64,000 nucleotides of DNA from Eledone cirrhosa (taxonomy: Eukaryota). The notes under the pieces are model-generated. The model did not search any database. It was given only the letters and a program-made list of their open reading frames with translations, and was not told the origin of the DNA. The DNA is taken from positions 29,698,001-29,762,000 of the forward strand of contig OZ024753.1 of the NCBI GenBank assembly GCA_964016885.1, written 5' to 3'. This document shows, piece by piece, positions 10,578-23,655 of this stretch (its first letter is position 1; every line of letters starts with the position of its first letter). Made by a program: the position numbers and the translations under genes.

Positions 10578-10728
10578 AGGGTAGATCAAAAGTAAGCACC
10601 CAATTTTGGTTTTTACACTGTTAGTTGCTTGTTTGTTAGGCATTTGTATTATAGTGTACAATAATAAAGAAATCAATGAACAACATGTTTATTTAACAAT
10701 ATATTTAGTTTAAAACCGAAGTAACTGT
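10283..10728. repeat. 446-bp near-perfect palindrome in TACO1 intron 1
   Basis: 221-bp arms with a 4-nt loop (10504-10507); four mismatches seen by eye. Confidence 0.9.
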
Positions 10729-11250
10729 TTTACTTGTAATGTTCAAAGTGCTTTACCTCGTAATCAGTGTCACTGAGCAGGCAGAGTGGCACACATGCTC
10801 ACAGAGTTTGATAACAATTTCTTCAATTTTTGCAGTGATTTAAGCCTTTAATTTTTTAATAGCATGAGGTTTTTCATGATAAACAAGGTCTGTAATGAAT
10901 CTCTAAACAAATGTGTAGTGTGTTTGCTGCTCAAATGGACTGTGATGTCTGATCCACATTTCAAGAAAGTGTACATCAGGCTATTGATAAACATATCTAT
11001 AATGAGGTGGGGCTCCATCTTGCTGGTAATAACAACTCTGATATTGTAATCATGGGCCAAAAAAAGTTTGCAGCATATCCAGATAATATTTTGCAGTGAC
11101 AGCTCATTAAAAGAAACAGGATCCAATTATCCCTAATAGGAACTGTGATGCCAAGTAAATTTACCTCCTTTTTGACTGTCAATGTTCAGTTCTCCACAGT
11201 CCAGTATATACTACAGTGTCTGTTAATTGTGTCAGTGTGCTTAAAACATG

Positions 11251-11352
11251 TCTCATCTGACCACCACATGCCCTCATCTGACCACAACATGCCCTCATCT
11301 GACCACAACATTCCCCCACCTGATCACTACATGTCTCATCTGACCACCACAT
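11251..11352. repeat. 21-bp minisatellite, about 4-5 copies
   Basis: TCATCTGACCACAACATGCCC units. Confidence 0.7.
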
Positions 11353-12111
11353 GGACGTTAAATAGTGATGATGGTGATTCGATTTTCACATCATTTATAT
11401 TATTAGTTAGTAATGAGTTCATCAAAGATCTTTCGTCTGTAACTTCACCAATGACATTTGTTCTTCATCTGCTGTGTCTCCTCTTCTTTTAGTCTTAATC
11501 AAGATGAAGTAAAAAGGAGAGACAGTAAAAGAACACATGTCATTGAGGAGGTCATAGAGGGAGTAATGAAAGAGCTTTGATGAACTAACTAATAAATAAT
11601 AATAAAGCTGAAGTGAAAATTGAATAGTGCATGTGTTATCAGACCTGTCAACTCTCCCCATCCAACGGGGACATCGCCCACCCACTTTGGGGTGGGTGAG
11701 AGATGTCTTCTTTTGTGAAAATGGGTATAGTTTTCATTATGTAAAATCTCCCCATTTTGCCTCATTTCTCCACGTTTGGAGGCACTTTTTTTCATGGTAC
11801 TCCTCGTTTGGCTTTTTAGAGGTTTGCAGGTCTGAATTTTTTTCTTCTTTATAAAAATATCTTGCATATATTTTTTATATGAATTATGATGTGCCAATAT
11901 ATATTTTAAAAGTACCACGTCCTAATTATATATCTTTTCTCATATATCTCTTGTCATTAAAACAAAACATTCAATGAACTTACAAGGAACTGCTATGCTG
12001 TTGCTTCACTCAAGCTACTAGAAATAACAGTCAAATTTCTGTTGAATGAGATCTTGCTGTCTTTTTAAAAAAAGGCACACATTGATTAATGTTATCCTAG
12101 ATACACTATTG

Positions 12112-12440
12112 TGAAGGTGCATGGCTTAGTGGTTAGAGGGTCAGGCTTACAATCATGAGGCTGTGAGTTTGATTCTCGGACCGCGTTTTGCGCTTTACTT
12201 CACATTGCTCCAGTTCACTCAGCTGTAGAAACGAGTTGCAGCATCACTGGTGCCAAGCTGTATCAGCCTTAGCCTTTCCCTTGGACAACATCGGTGGCTT
12301 GGAGAGGGGAGATTGGTATGCATGGGCAACTGCTGGTCTTCTACAAACAACCTTGCCCGGACTTGTGCCTCAGAGGGCAACTTTCTAGGTTCAAATCCCA
12401 TGGTCATTCGTGACCGAAAAGGGTCTTTACCCTTTACCCT
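12112..12440 (+). mobile_element. tRNA-derived SINE family B
   Basis: A box TGGCTTAGTGG, B-box-like GTTTGATTC, body CACATTGCTCCAGTTCACTCAGCTG; homologs at 37217-37505, 39430-39670 and 60505-60625. Confidence 0.75.
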
Positions 12441-12794
12441 AGATACACTATCAGAAAATAGAAGAGGAGATGGGAACGGCTGGGATGTTGCTAACCATAG
12501 GTCTCCAGTTGTTTGATTAACAGAATAGCCTGCTCATGAAATTAACGTGCAAGCAACTAAGCATTCCAAAGGCACGTGTACCAAAACATTATTCTCAGGG
12601 AGATACAACGAGACACATTTAACTGAAACAACGCATCAACTAGAATTGAGCTCAAAACCTTACTATCATGAGTTAAACACCCTAACCATTAAACCACTCA
12701 CCTTCACAGAATCATGGTTAACCTGGGAATTAACTTCTCATTCCAGGGGAATAAGTCAGATTACTCATTTCAGATGGGAGATAACTCGGCGTGC

Positions 12795-13289
12795 GATTGA
12801 ATTTTCCCGATTACAAGCCATGGCTTATATTAATTTTTACTCCGAAATGTACCATTACGGGTTATTTTAGGGGGAGGGGTTCATATACCGAAAAAACGAC
12901 ACTACGAAACTGAAAATTACAAATTCGCTAAATGATTGGAAATTACGAAAAAAACAATCGGCATTTACGCGCAACGTTTACTTGAAAGATCAAATTTATT
13001 AAAAATTAACACACCCTTTAATTCAAAAACTCATGAGCGAAATAATCCACCAATTTATTCAAAAATAATCATGTCATCCTGCTCTGGAATGTCAGTTAGT
13101 TTTACATTAAGATACAATCCTGGTCTATAATGGCTGATTGCGCCAATTTTCCTAGCTGGCCATTTCTTTCTTTTGGCGTTCATTTTTGTTACGGCTTATT
13201 TTCGGGGCATGGCTTACATTAAATCCATCCTGAAATATAGTGCTACGGCTTATTTTCGGGGGTGGCTTATAAATGGGGAAACACGGTAG
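12795..13289. mobile_element. pogo/Tc2-like non-autonomous DNA transposon
   Basis: Right end GGCTTATAAATGGGGAAACACGGTA with subterminal CGGCTTATTTTCGGGG repeats; degenerate left end TTTTCCCGATTACAAGCC. Confidence 0.55.
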
Positions 13290-13620
13290 TATAGATGTGC
13301 CAATAATTGTGTATCTAGCTACACATATATATATATATACACATAAGTGCACATGTATGTATAAATATATAATTGTATGCACACATGTCTACATCAGTTA
13401 GTCAGCTGGAACATTAAAGTTAGTGTCATGTCTAAGTGCTGGGTGTGTCCAACCTCAAGTTCAGTCTATTTTCCTGGATTTCTCGGTGGGTTTCTTATTG
13501 GTAATATCATTCAGTCATGTGGTGAGTGTTGTCACAGCTAACAAATGCATAAGGGGGGGGGGGGTATATTATCAATGTTATGGATATTGTTTTATTTTCA
13601 TTTTATGTTTTTAATCACAG

Positions 13621-13730
13621 AGACTGGAGAAAGTAACCCAAAGTTTAATAATAAACTTGACAGGATTATTCAAGATGCCAAAAAGGTTGGCATACCAAAC
13701 CCCACTATTCAGAATGCTATTAAAAGTGCT
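13621..13730 (+). CDS. TACO1: TACO1 exon 2
   Basis: cacag| (E)TGESNPKFNNKLDRIIQDAKKVGIPNPTIQNAIKSA |gtaagt; splice phases consistent. Confidence 0.92.
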
Positions 13731-13982
13731 GTAAGTATAACACTAATGATATGATAGTTACTGTTGCAGAAGGAACAAGGTGAAATAAAGTGTCTTGCTC
13801 AAGAGCACAACGCATTGCTTGGCCTGGGAATCGAACTCACAACCTCATGATTGTGAATCCAATTCTCTAACCACTAAGCCACATGCCTGTAATAGACAGG
13901 GGCGGCAAATGTGTATAATGTACTGACAGTTACATACATTTGAATGACATGTACATGCACTTTCAAACAAATACACATTTAA

Positions 13983-14191
13983 CCCTTTAGTATTTAAACT
14001 GGCTGTATCCGTCCAGAATTCATTCCCCTTTTTGAAACCGGCTGTAACCAACAACTCACACCGATGTAAAGATATTGTTCTTAAAATAAACAATAACATC
14101 CTCAAAATCTTGTGGACTTGATATTATGTGAGATAAAGCCTTTACCATGAATATACAAAATTAAATATAGAGTAATGTAAATACTAAAGGG
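13983..14191. mobile_element. piggyBac-type MITE
   Basis: TTAA target duplication; TIR CCCTTTAGTATTTA/TAAATACTAAAGGG. Confidence 0.8.
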
Positions 14192-14377
14192 TTAAACATG
14201 TACACACATACATACACTTAGGCCCATAGACACACTCAAGCAGATAAAGACAAATAGGTATATCTTTTCCTGGTTTTCTTTCACTATTTCTCCGTTGTTT
14301 TTTTTTTTTTTTTGTTTTTTTTACATTCTGGTGAATGGAGTCATATTGAGAATTTATCAAGGCTGGTTTTTTTGCAG

Positions 14378-14514
14378 ATTGCTTCCCAAACAGCCTCAGA
14401 ATCATATAACATGGAAGTAAAATGTTTTGGTCCCATCGTCCTTATTTTGATCATCTCATCCGCTTCAGTCACCCACACAAAGCAAGAACTTTTTGCAATT
14501 TTCAAGAAGCACAA
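14378..14514 (+). CDS. TACO1: TACO1 exon 3
   Basis: ttgcag| IASQTASESYNMEVKCFGPIVLILIISSASVTHTKQELFAIFKKH(N) |gtaagt; phase 0 to 2 links exons 2 and 4. Confidence 0.87.
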
Positions 14515-14709
14515 GTAAGTTAGAACATTTGCAAATAACAGTAATTTCTCATTACAAAACAACAACAGCAACAAAAACAATAATAATAATAATGGTTTCT
14601 GATTTAGGCACAAGGCCAACAATTTTAGGGGATGGGAAATTCCATTAAATCGACCCCAGTGTGTTACTGGTACTTTATTTTATTGACCCTATAGGGCTGA
14701 AAGGCAAAG

Positions 14710-15273
14710 CTGATCCAGCAAACTTATGTCTTCCAAAGTGTTGTTAGTTAGGTCCAGCTCAACCCTGATCTAGCAAACCTATGTCCTGTGAGTTAGGTCC
14801 AGCTCAGCTCTGAGCAAAACAAACCTATGTTTTGTTAGTTAAGTCCAGCTCAGTCCTGATCCAGCAAACCTGTCTTGTTAGTTAGGTCCAGCTCAACCCT
14901 GATCTAGCAAACCTATGTCCTGTGAGTTAGGTCCAGCTCAGCTCTGAGCAAAACAAACCTATGTTTTGTTAGTTAAGTCCAGCTCAGTCCTGATCCAGCA
15001 AACCTGTCTTGTTAGTTAGGTCCAGCTCAACCCTGATCCAACAAACCTATGTTTTGTTAGTTAAGTCCAGCTCAGTCCTGATCCAGCAAACCTGTCTTGT
15101 TGGTTAGGTTCAGCTCAGCCCTGATCCAGCAAACCTATGTCTCTTTAGTTAGGTCCAGATCAGCCCTGAACAAACAAACCTACGTCTTGTTACTTAAGTC
15201 CAGCTCAGCCCTGATCCAGCAAACTTATGTCTTGTTAGTTCCGTCCAGCTCAACCCTGATCAAACAAATCTAT
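14710..15273. repeat. About 45-bp tandem repeat (~12 units) with a 134-bp three-unit higher-order period
   Basis: CCCTGATCCAGCAAACCTATGTCTTGTTAGTTAGGTCCAGCTCAG variants of 45/46/43 nt; blocks recur at 14761 and 14895. Confidence 0.9.
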
Positions 15274-15378
15274 GTACGATCAAATAGTAATAATCATCAT
15301 CATTATCAACTTGTTTATGAATTAGAACAATGCCTGCAATTAATTTGTTTATATATATATATGGGTTTTTTTTTTTAG

Positions 15379-15547
15379 TGTGAAATATGTACCACGATGT
15401 AGTGAAGGTATGTTTGAGAAGAAAGGAGTCATTCATATGACCCCAATGGAAGGGTTTGACTTGGTTAATGCTCTAGATTTGGCTATTGAAGTTAATGCTG
15501 AAGATGTGTTACAAGAAAAGGATGAAGATGATTCACCTTATCTAAAG
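15379..15547 (+). CDS. TACO1: TACO1 exon 4
   Basis: ttttag| VKYVPRCSEGMFEKKGVI..ALDLAIEVNAEDV..YLK |gtatgt; carries the FxKKGVI and AIExxAEDV YebC motifs. Confidence 0.93.
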
Positions 15548-15749
15548 GTATGTTTGTTTCTCTTGGTGTCTGTATGAGTGTTTGTATGTATGTACTGTTT
15601 GTGATGTATATATATGTGTGTGTATATGTATATATGCATACACATATATATATAATATATGTTTATATATATATATACATACATATATATATATCATCAT
15701 CATCATCATTTTACATCCGCTTTTCCCTGCTTGTATGTATATATGTATG

Positions 15750-15780
<31 letters not shown>

Positions 15781-16212
15781 GTAAAAGGTAAACAGAAATA
15801 ACAACACAATATACATATATATATATCATCATCATCATCATTTTACATCCGTTTTTCCCTGCTTGTATGTATATATGTATGTATATATATATGTATGTAT
15901 ATATATATATCTATGTAAAAGGTAAACAGAAATAACAACACAATATATATATATATATAAAGAGAGAGACACACTCACATAAATACATACACATGATATG
16001 ATTGCTTTGCTCCCTTGCAGCTAGCTCTTGTGGAAAGCTTGAAATGTTTGCTTCTCTTAGATTTTATAATTTAGTAAATAAAATTTCTATTCCCTATAAA
16101 TTGAACAATCATAGAATAAAAAGATGTTAAAGATGATGATGATAAATTGTGATGTTAATGGGAATATTGTAACCTGCTTCTCCTACATATGTAATTTTTG
16201 TTCTATTTTCAG

Positions 16213-16416
16213 TTCATTTGTGACTTCAAGGACATTAATTCTATGGTATCATCTCTTAAGGAACTTGGTCATGATATCACTTACTCAGAATGGGAATATA
16301 TTCCAACAATTGTATATCCTGTTGATGAGAATCACATGAAGCTTCTGGTGAAACTGTTTGAGAAAATATATTCCTTTCCTGAGGTTGTTAGAATATTCGA
16401 TAACATTGCTGAATGA
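16213..16416 (+). CDS. TACO1: TACO1 exon 5 (stop); total CDS 924 nt, 307 aa
   Basis: tttcag| FICDFKDI..EYIP..LFEKIYSFPEVVRIFDNIAE*, matching the YebC C-terminal VxxxxDNI motif. Confidence 0.93.
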   Translation, partial: FICDFKDINSMVSSLKELGHDITYSEWEYIPTIVYPVDENHMKLLVKLFEKIYSFPEVVRIFDNIAE

Positions 16417-16546
16417 AGTTGTTGTTTTGTCATTAGCTCAACTCTGATCAGGTTAAATCTCCAATCAAAAACGTTCCAGCTAAGTCCTAGCTATCATTTT
16501 CTATATCTAGCACTTCATTTGCCAATGGGTCTTTTAATTTTTTTAA

Positions 16547-16753
16547 CCCTTTAGCATTTACATTACTCTATATTTATTATTGTATTTTCACAGTGACCAC
16601 TTTATCTCACATACTATCGAATCTATGAAATTTTGATATTATTTATGTTGAAACAATACCTTAACATGAGTATGAGTGGCCAGTTATGGCCAGTTTGAAC
16701 AGAAAGTGGTGAGAGAATTCTGGCCGGATACAGCCAGTTTAAATGCTAAAGGG
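16547..16753. mobile_element. piggyBac-type MITE in the probable TACO1 3'UTR
   Basis: TTAA TSD; TIR CCCTTTAGCATTTA/TAAATGCTAAAGGG. Confidence 0.85.
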
Positions 16754-17094
16754 TTAAAGACAATAAATTGTGATTTGAGAGATATTTAGTTGCTAATTCT
16801 TGTAGATTAAGTGACTATGAAGAGGCTTCATTTTCTGTCTTGTTGCTGAATGATGTGCAACAGCAAGGAGCCGGTTAGTGAGTTCAATACTGAGCAGTGA
16901 AATATATTTCATCTTGAGAATGATTTCAGGAAAAAATTAAATTTCATATTTTTACTGTTTTGTAGTATTGGTTTATTTTGTTAATATTGAATATTTACGC
17001 ACACACACATACACACCTGTATGTATATATTCTGTACTGTTATTGGTGTTGTTAATATTGAATATTGATACACACAGATACAGTCACATATGTG

Positions 17095-17330
17095 ACTGCT
17101 GGATGAAGAAGTGCCAAGTAATCCCAATGGAAGAAAGACGCAGTAGAGGAAGACCACAGAGAACATGAGAGGAGGTGGTGAGAGCTGACCTCAGATTGCT
17201 GAAGCTCACAGAGGAGATGACAGAGGACTAACGAGTGGGGAGATGCTGTGCTGAAGAGGGCCCATCCTATCCTTGCAAGCAGGGAAAAGCGGACTTAAAA
17301 TGATCATGTTCATCATGATCCTGATGATGT
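17095..17330 (+). mobile_element. RTE LINE 3' fragment
   Basis: WMKKCQ..RRSRGRPQRT*EEVVRADL followed by an ATG-repeat tail. Confidence 0.65.
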
Positions 17331-18539
17331 GTGTACGTGTGTTCCCTATTGCTATATTCCCTGCTGAGCAGTTGGAATGAAACCCAGTTGTGGTCTGAGG
17401 CCAGGTCCTATAAGAGGAGAGTTCAGCTGGTACATTGGGCCAAAAACCTGTGAGCCAAAGAGGTACCCAGTGGCACCAATAACATCGCAACTTATTTTTT
17501 TTCCAGCTAAGTGAACTGGAACAACATGAAATAGAATGTCTGGCTCAAGAACACAACACACCGAACTTACATACAACCTCACAATTGTGAGCCCAAAGCT
17601 TTCACTATTAAGGTGATATAAACTCTGTTTATATCACCTAATATATCTAAAATTCTGTCTTAAGCCAGAAGGCTCGTTAGGCCAGTGCTTATCCCGGTTT
17701 CATGGCATAAAGCAACTGAGAGTACAAGACTTGCCCCTGGACAGAATGCCAGTCCATCACAGGGTTAAACCCCCAGATATTGCTGATACTCATTTTCAGC
17801 TGAATATACTGGAGTAACATGAATGAAATGTTTTGCTCAAGAACACAACACACAACCCAGCCCAGGAATCAACCCCACAACATTATGATCATAAGTCCAA
17901 CACCATTACTATTAGGCTACATGCCTCCACCTAATATATACTCTTGAAAATATAGTTTCACTTTTCTGCCAATTAGAACTCATCATTTTCATCCTCTTCG
18001 TCGCCACCATCGTCATCATTTAATGTCTGTTTTCCCTGCTGGCCACTACTTATTGTAAATAATTAATAGTTCCCACATAGTTTATTATAAATAATTAATA
18101 GTTGATAGAAATGTGTTGAAGGTAAACAAAATAGGGATTAGGAAAACAAATTTATACATTACATTTTAGTAAAGACAACACTTCAATGGTTAAACAGTTT
18201 AAGATGGATAGGTGACATGGTCTCTCTCCCTACTGGAAATAGCACCCAGCTCGCCTAAAAATGCTTCAATGGTTAACCAGTTTAAGATGGATTGGTGACA
18301 TGGTCACTCTACTGCCTGGAAATAGCACCCAGCTCTCCTACAAATGCTTCAATGGTTAACATCTTTAGTTAGAAACAATATTAATTTTTAAGTCTATTAA
18401 TAATACTTTAGGCTTCAAATATTATGCTTTTCCATGAAGAAAATGACAAAAGTGAAAGCTTGGATGAGCTTTAAAGATTCTTTATTTATATTTGAACAAT
18501 ATTAGTATATGTAAACAATTTCAATATCTGGCATTTGGT

Positions 18540-18775
18540 TACAGAATCTCTGTCTCTCATAGCGTTTGCCAGTTCTTCTGCAGTGCATCCAGTATCGTCC
18601 TCAAGTTGCTTGACGTATGTCTTCTTGGGACGACCAGTGTTTCTTGCTCCAAGAGATGGACTCCATAACAACACATCACCTGCTATTTCTTCCTTGCTGC
18701 GCCAACAGTGGCCAGCAGATCTGAGTCTCTGTCCACGTATTGACCTGCTGATAGGTGGTATGTTGCCATAGAGAT
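18540..18775 (-). mobile_element. RTE-like LINE C-terminal fragment
   Basis: LPPISRSIRGQRLRSAGHCWRSKEE..LLWSPSLGARNTGRPKKTYVKQLEDDTG..AMRDRD. Confidence 0.75.
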
Positions 18776-19129
18776 CCTTATTTCAAACGTGAATAAGCAA
18801 AGAGGTTCTATGATTGAGTTGACAGGCTTGTATGTGTTTATATTTGACAGGCCTGTTTGTGTTTGCATTTGACATACGTTTTGATGTGGAGATGTACTCA
18901 AAATCATAAATACATATCTATGCATACATCATCATGATGATGATGATGACATGTATACATGATTATGTATATATATGTATATATATTGCAATAGGTTACA
19001 TTATTAATAAATATATATGCACACACACATTCACAGAAAAGTAGGGAGAGAGAAAGGAATATAGAAGTATTGAGTCTTTCGTTTGTATTTTTATTTCTAA
19101 AAAATAATTTTTAAAGATTTCCCTTATAT

Positions 19130-19295
19130 ATACATGGACACACTAGAAGAGGAAGACCAAGGTTAACGTATGTTGATGCCCTAAGGACAGACACTGGTCT
19201 GTTGGAGACGCAGGACATGGCAGCGATAATGAGGGACAGAGACCGCTGGAGAGAACTCGTCCATGGATCTCAGGAATTTTACCCTCCTTAGATGA
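19130..19295 (+). mobile_element. RTE-like LINE C-terminal fragment
   Basis: HGHTRRGRPRLTYVDALRTDTGL..MRDRDRWRELV. Confidence 0.7.
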
Positions 19296-20286
19296 TATAT
19301 ATATAAATATATATATGTATAGTGATAATAATGAATGTGAAGACTAAAATCCAAAGAGGGCTCGTTAAGGATAAATATATATCAAATATATAAGAACCAT
19401 AGAGCAAATATTTATTAAAATAACAGATTAAAGTTTAAGCAAAGAATCGCTGCTTTCAACCTTAATGTCCACATTTAAAATGGTCATGTTTGTGTCAAGT
19501 CAAAAAGTGCCCAGTATATACTGTAAATGGGGTTGGTGTTAGGAAGGGCATCCAGCTGTAGAAACCAAACCAGAAACAGTTCTGTATGTGCTAGACATGG
19601 TCATCTGACCTGACTTGTATTTGAAGGAAAATGGTGTAAATGTTTTTTGTGCAGCATGTATTCTGTGGTTCATAGACAACATGTCATAGGAAAACATTTA
19701 AATACAGCCCTTCATTGATCATTAAATATAATAATCATAACTATAAATCAAATCAAAGGTTTAAAATTGACAGGATGTTTCGACAGCTGTGCCAGGATAA
19801 TAATGAGTAATTTATTAAATTATTGCTGCACATAGAAATTTGTTGGCTCAAAATGTTCGTGTTGGCTATATTTTCAAATTAAATAAGAGTGAAACAGAGT
19901 GTATTTTTTAAAATAATAAATAAGTTGGGTTTTTTTTGTTTTGTTTTTTGACAATTAAAGACAACAAAGATTGATATTTTTTTATTTGGCAGACATTTTC
20001 AAGAAGTTTGATGTTCTTTTGCAGTTTCAAGGAGACAACTGGATATATGTAGGGCATGGAATACATGATCCTGTAACCACAGTCATCTTAAACTAATCTT
20101 AATATCACATTAACCATTGGAGTTGACCTCTAATTGGACATATATAACTTGCTAAAAGGTTTCATTATTCATAATAATAATAAAAAAACTTGATCTTCTC
20201 TCCATCCAAATATTCTGAAGAGGGAATTTCATCAATTTTCAGAATTATCATGAATTAAAGACAATGTAGCTTTAGAGAAGATTTAA

Positions 20287-20505
20287 CCATTTAGCATTTA
20301 CATTACTCTATATATACTATTGTATTTTTGTGGTAAAAGCTTTATCTTACATTATTATATCACAATATTGAATCTATGAGATTTTGATGTTATTTATTTT
20401 GAGAACAATACCATAACATAAGTATGAACGGCCAGTTACAGCCAGTTTGAACAGAAAAAGGTGAGAGAATTCTTGCCGGATACAACCTGTTTAAATGCTA
20501 AAGGG
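20287..20505. mobile_element. piggyBac-type MITE
   Basis: TTAA TSD; same family as 16547-16753. Confidence 0.8.
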
Positions 20506-20873
20506 TTAAACCCATCTTAATATCACATTAACCAATGGAGAGGTAGAAACTGCATAACAATAGAGTGTGACATTCATTTACATTCATGAATTCAAATACC
20601 TCATGGGTCGAGTAAATAATTATTAGACTTGTCTGCGGCAGATTCAACCGACCAGAACCACCTGCAAAAAAACATATGTCACACTACAAACAGAAACTTG
20701 ATATTGATTCGCTATTTAGCAAATTCAATTTTTACACAGCCAGAAGCCACACCCTCATCCTGCTTTATAATAATTGTTTCTACTTTAGGCACAAGGCCAG
20801 CAATTACTCAGTGCATTACTGGTACTTTATTTTATCGACCCCGTAAGGATGAAAGGCAAAGTCAACCTGCTTT

Positions 20874-21200
20874 ATAATAATAATAATGAAATTATTGTGT
20901 AAAGTGCTCAGGTGCACTACAACTCGTCAAAGGTGTATGTATAGTACATAGAATAATACACAAATGTTAGGGAAGTGAATAGTGTATGAGTCATGGTATA
21001 CATGTGTGTATGTGTATGGAGGGGGAACATTAGCTGTAGTGTTGGCGGATCTCGGGAAGCATGGAGGCCTTAAAGGATGCAGTGTCTCGACAGCTAACAA
21101 CTGATGCAGGTAGTTTGTTCCATGCTTCAGCAACTCTGAGCATGAAGTTTCCGAAAATCATAGGAACTGTGCTGTTTTCTGACTTTGTGGGCATGCCCAC
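20874..21200 (-). mobile_element. CR1/L2-like LINE 3' end
   Basis: FMLRVAEAWNKLPASVVSCRDTASFKASMLPEIRQHYS* plus 3'UTR and (ATT)n tail. Confidence 0.8.
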
Positions 21201-21528
21201 GTGTGTTAGATACATGGAAATCAAAAAGGCACTCAGTATATAGGAAGAGACATGACATTGGGCCATTCATATTTTTCTCAAATATATTCCTCTTCTTTCT
21301 TCTTACTGTTGCTCAACAAGGCCAGGATCATCCTAAGCCAGCGAACCCAAAGCATCATCGTGTGTATTAGGACATAAAATAGTTAGAACAGGCAGAAGGA
21401 AATGTATCATCTACTCAGTGATCAATGTAAATATTTCTACATTAATTAGCACCAATATGTAGCAAATTAAAGAAGAAATTTACCAGAGTTGAAAAAAATA
21501 AGTACTGAGGGTCAATAAATTCATTCAA

Positions 21529-23655
21529 GATGATATGTTAGTATAACTATAGTCTAATGACTGATATATTAATATAACTATAGTCTTAGTATAACTGATA
21601 TGCTAGTATAACTATAGTCTTTGTATAACTATAGTGTAATGAATGATATGTTAGTATAACTATAGTCTTTGTATAACTATATTGTAATGACTGATATGTT
21701 AGTATAACTATAGTCTAATGACTGATATATTAATATAACTATAGTCTTAGTATAACTGATATGCTAGTATAACTATAGTCTTTGTATAACTATAGTGTAA
21801 TGACTGATATATTAATATAACTATAGTCTTAGTATAACTGATATGCTAGTATAACTATAGTCTTTGTATAACTATAGTGTAATGAATGATATGTTAGTAT
21901 AACTATAGTCTTTGTATAACTATATTGTAATGACTGATATGTTAGTATAACTATAGTCTAATGACTGATATGTTATTATAACTATAGTCTAATGACTGAT
22001 ATGTTATTATAACTATAGTCTAATGACTGATATGCTAGTATAACTATAGTGTAATGACTGATATGTTATAACTATAGTCTTTGTATAACTATATTGTAAT
22101 GACTGATATGTTAGTATAACTATAGTCTAATGACTGATATGTTATTATAACTATAGTCTAATGACTGATATGTTATTATAACTATAGTCTAATGACTGAT
22201 ATGTTATTATAACTATAGTCTAATGACTGATATGTTAGTATAACTATAGTGTAATGACTGATATGTTAGTATAACTATAGTCTTTGTATAACTATATTGT
22301 AATGACTGATATGTTAGTATAACTATAGTCTAATGACTGATATGTTATTATAACTATAGTCTAATGACTGATATGTTAGTATAACTATAGTCTAATGACT
22401 GATATGTTAGTATAACTATAGTGTAATGAATGATATGTTAGTATAACTATAGTCTAATGACTGATATGTTAGTATAACTATAGTGTAATGAATGATATGT
22501 TAGTATAACTATAGTGCAATGACTGATATTTTAGTATAACTATAGTCTAATGACTGATATGTTAGTATAACTATAGTGTAATGATATGTTAGTATAACTA
22601 TAGTGTAATGAATGATATGTTAGTATAACTATAGTGTAATGAATGATATGTTAGTATAACTATAGTCTAATGACTGATATATTAGTATAACTATAGTGTA
22701 ATGAATGATATGTTAGTATAACTATAGTCTAATGACTGATATGTTAGTATAACTATAGTGTAATGAATGATATGTTAGTATAACTATAGTGTAATGAATG
22801 ATATGTTAGTATAACTATAGTCTAATGACTGATATGTTAGTATAACTATAGTGTAATGACTGATATGTTAGTATAACTATAGTGTAATGACTGATATGTT
22901 AGTATAACTATAGTGCAATGACTGATATGTTAGTATAACTATAGTGTAATGAATGATATGTTAGTATAACTATAGTCTAATGACTGATATATTAGTATAA
23001 CTATAGTGTAATGAATGATATGTTAGTATAACTATAGTCTAATGACTGATATGTTAGTATAACTATAGTGTAATGAATGATATGTTAGTATAACTATAGT
23101 GTAATGAATGATATGTTAGTATAACTATTGTCTAATGACTGATATGTTAGTATAACTATAGTGTAATGACTGATATGTTAGTATAACTATAGTGCAATGA
23201 CTGATATGTTAGTATAACTATAGTGTAATGACTGATGTGTTAGTATAACTATAGTGTAATGAATGATATGTTAGTATAACTATAGTCTAATGACTGATAT
23301 GTTAGTATAACTATAGTGTAATGACTGATATGTTAGTATAACTATAGTGCAATGACTGATATGTTAGTATAACTATAGTGTAATGACTGATGTGTTAGTA
23401 TAACTATAGTGTAATGAATGATATGTTAGTATAACTATAGTGTAATGAATGATATGTTAGTATAACTATAGTGCAATGACTGATATGTTAGTATAACTAT
23501 AGTCTAATGACTGATATGTTAGTATAACTATAGTGTAATGATATGTCAGTATAACTATAGTGTAATGAATGATATGTTAGTATAACTATAGTGTAATGAA
23601 TGTTATGTTAGTATAACTATAGTGTAATGACTGATATGTTAGTATAACTATAGTA
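21529..23655. repeat. 31-bp satellite array (~2.1 kb)
   Basis: Unit TGACTGATATGTTAGTATAACTATAGT(C/G)TAA, period 31 (e.g. 22381 vs 22412); shorter internal sub-duplications in the 5' part. Confidence 0.97.

Noticed and set aside
12112-12185. tRNA genes at A/B-box motifs
   Set aside because: They are SINE heads followed by a shared repeat body, and no complete cloverleaf is evident.
21529-23655. 31-bp partly palindromic array as a CRISPR array
   Set aside because: Units are head-to-tail with no unique spacers, there are no cas genes, and the context is eukaryotic.
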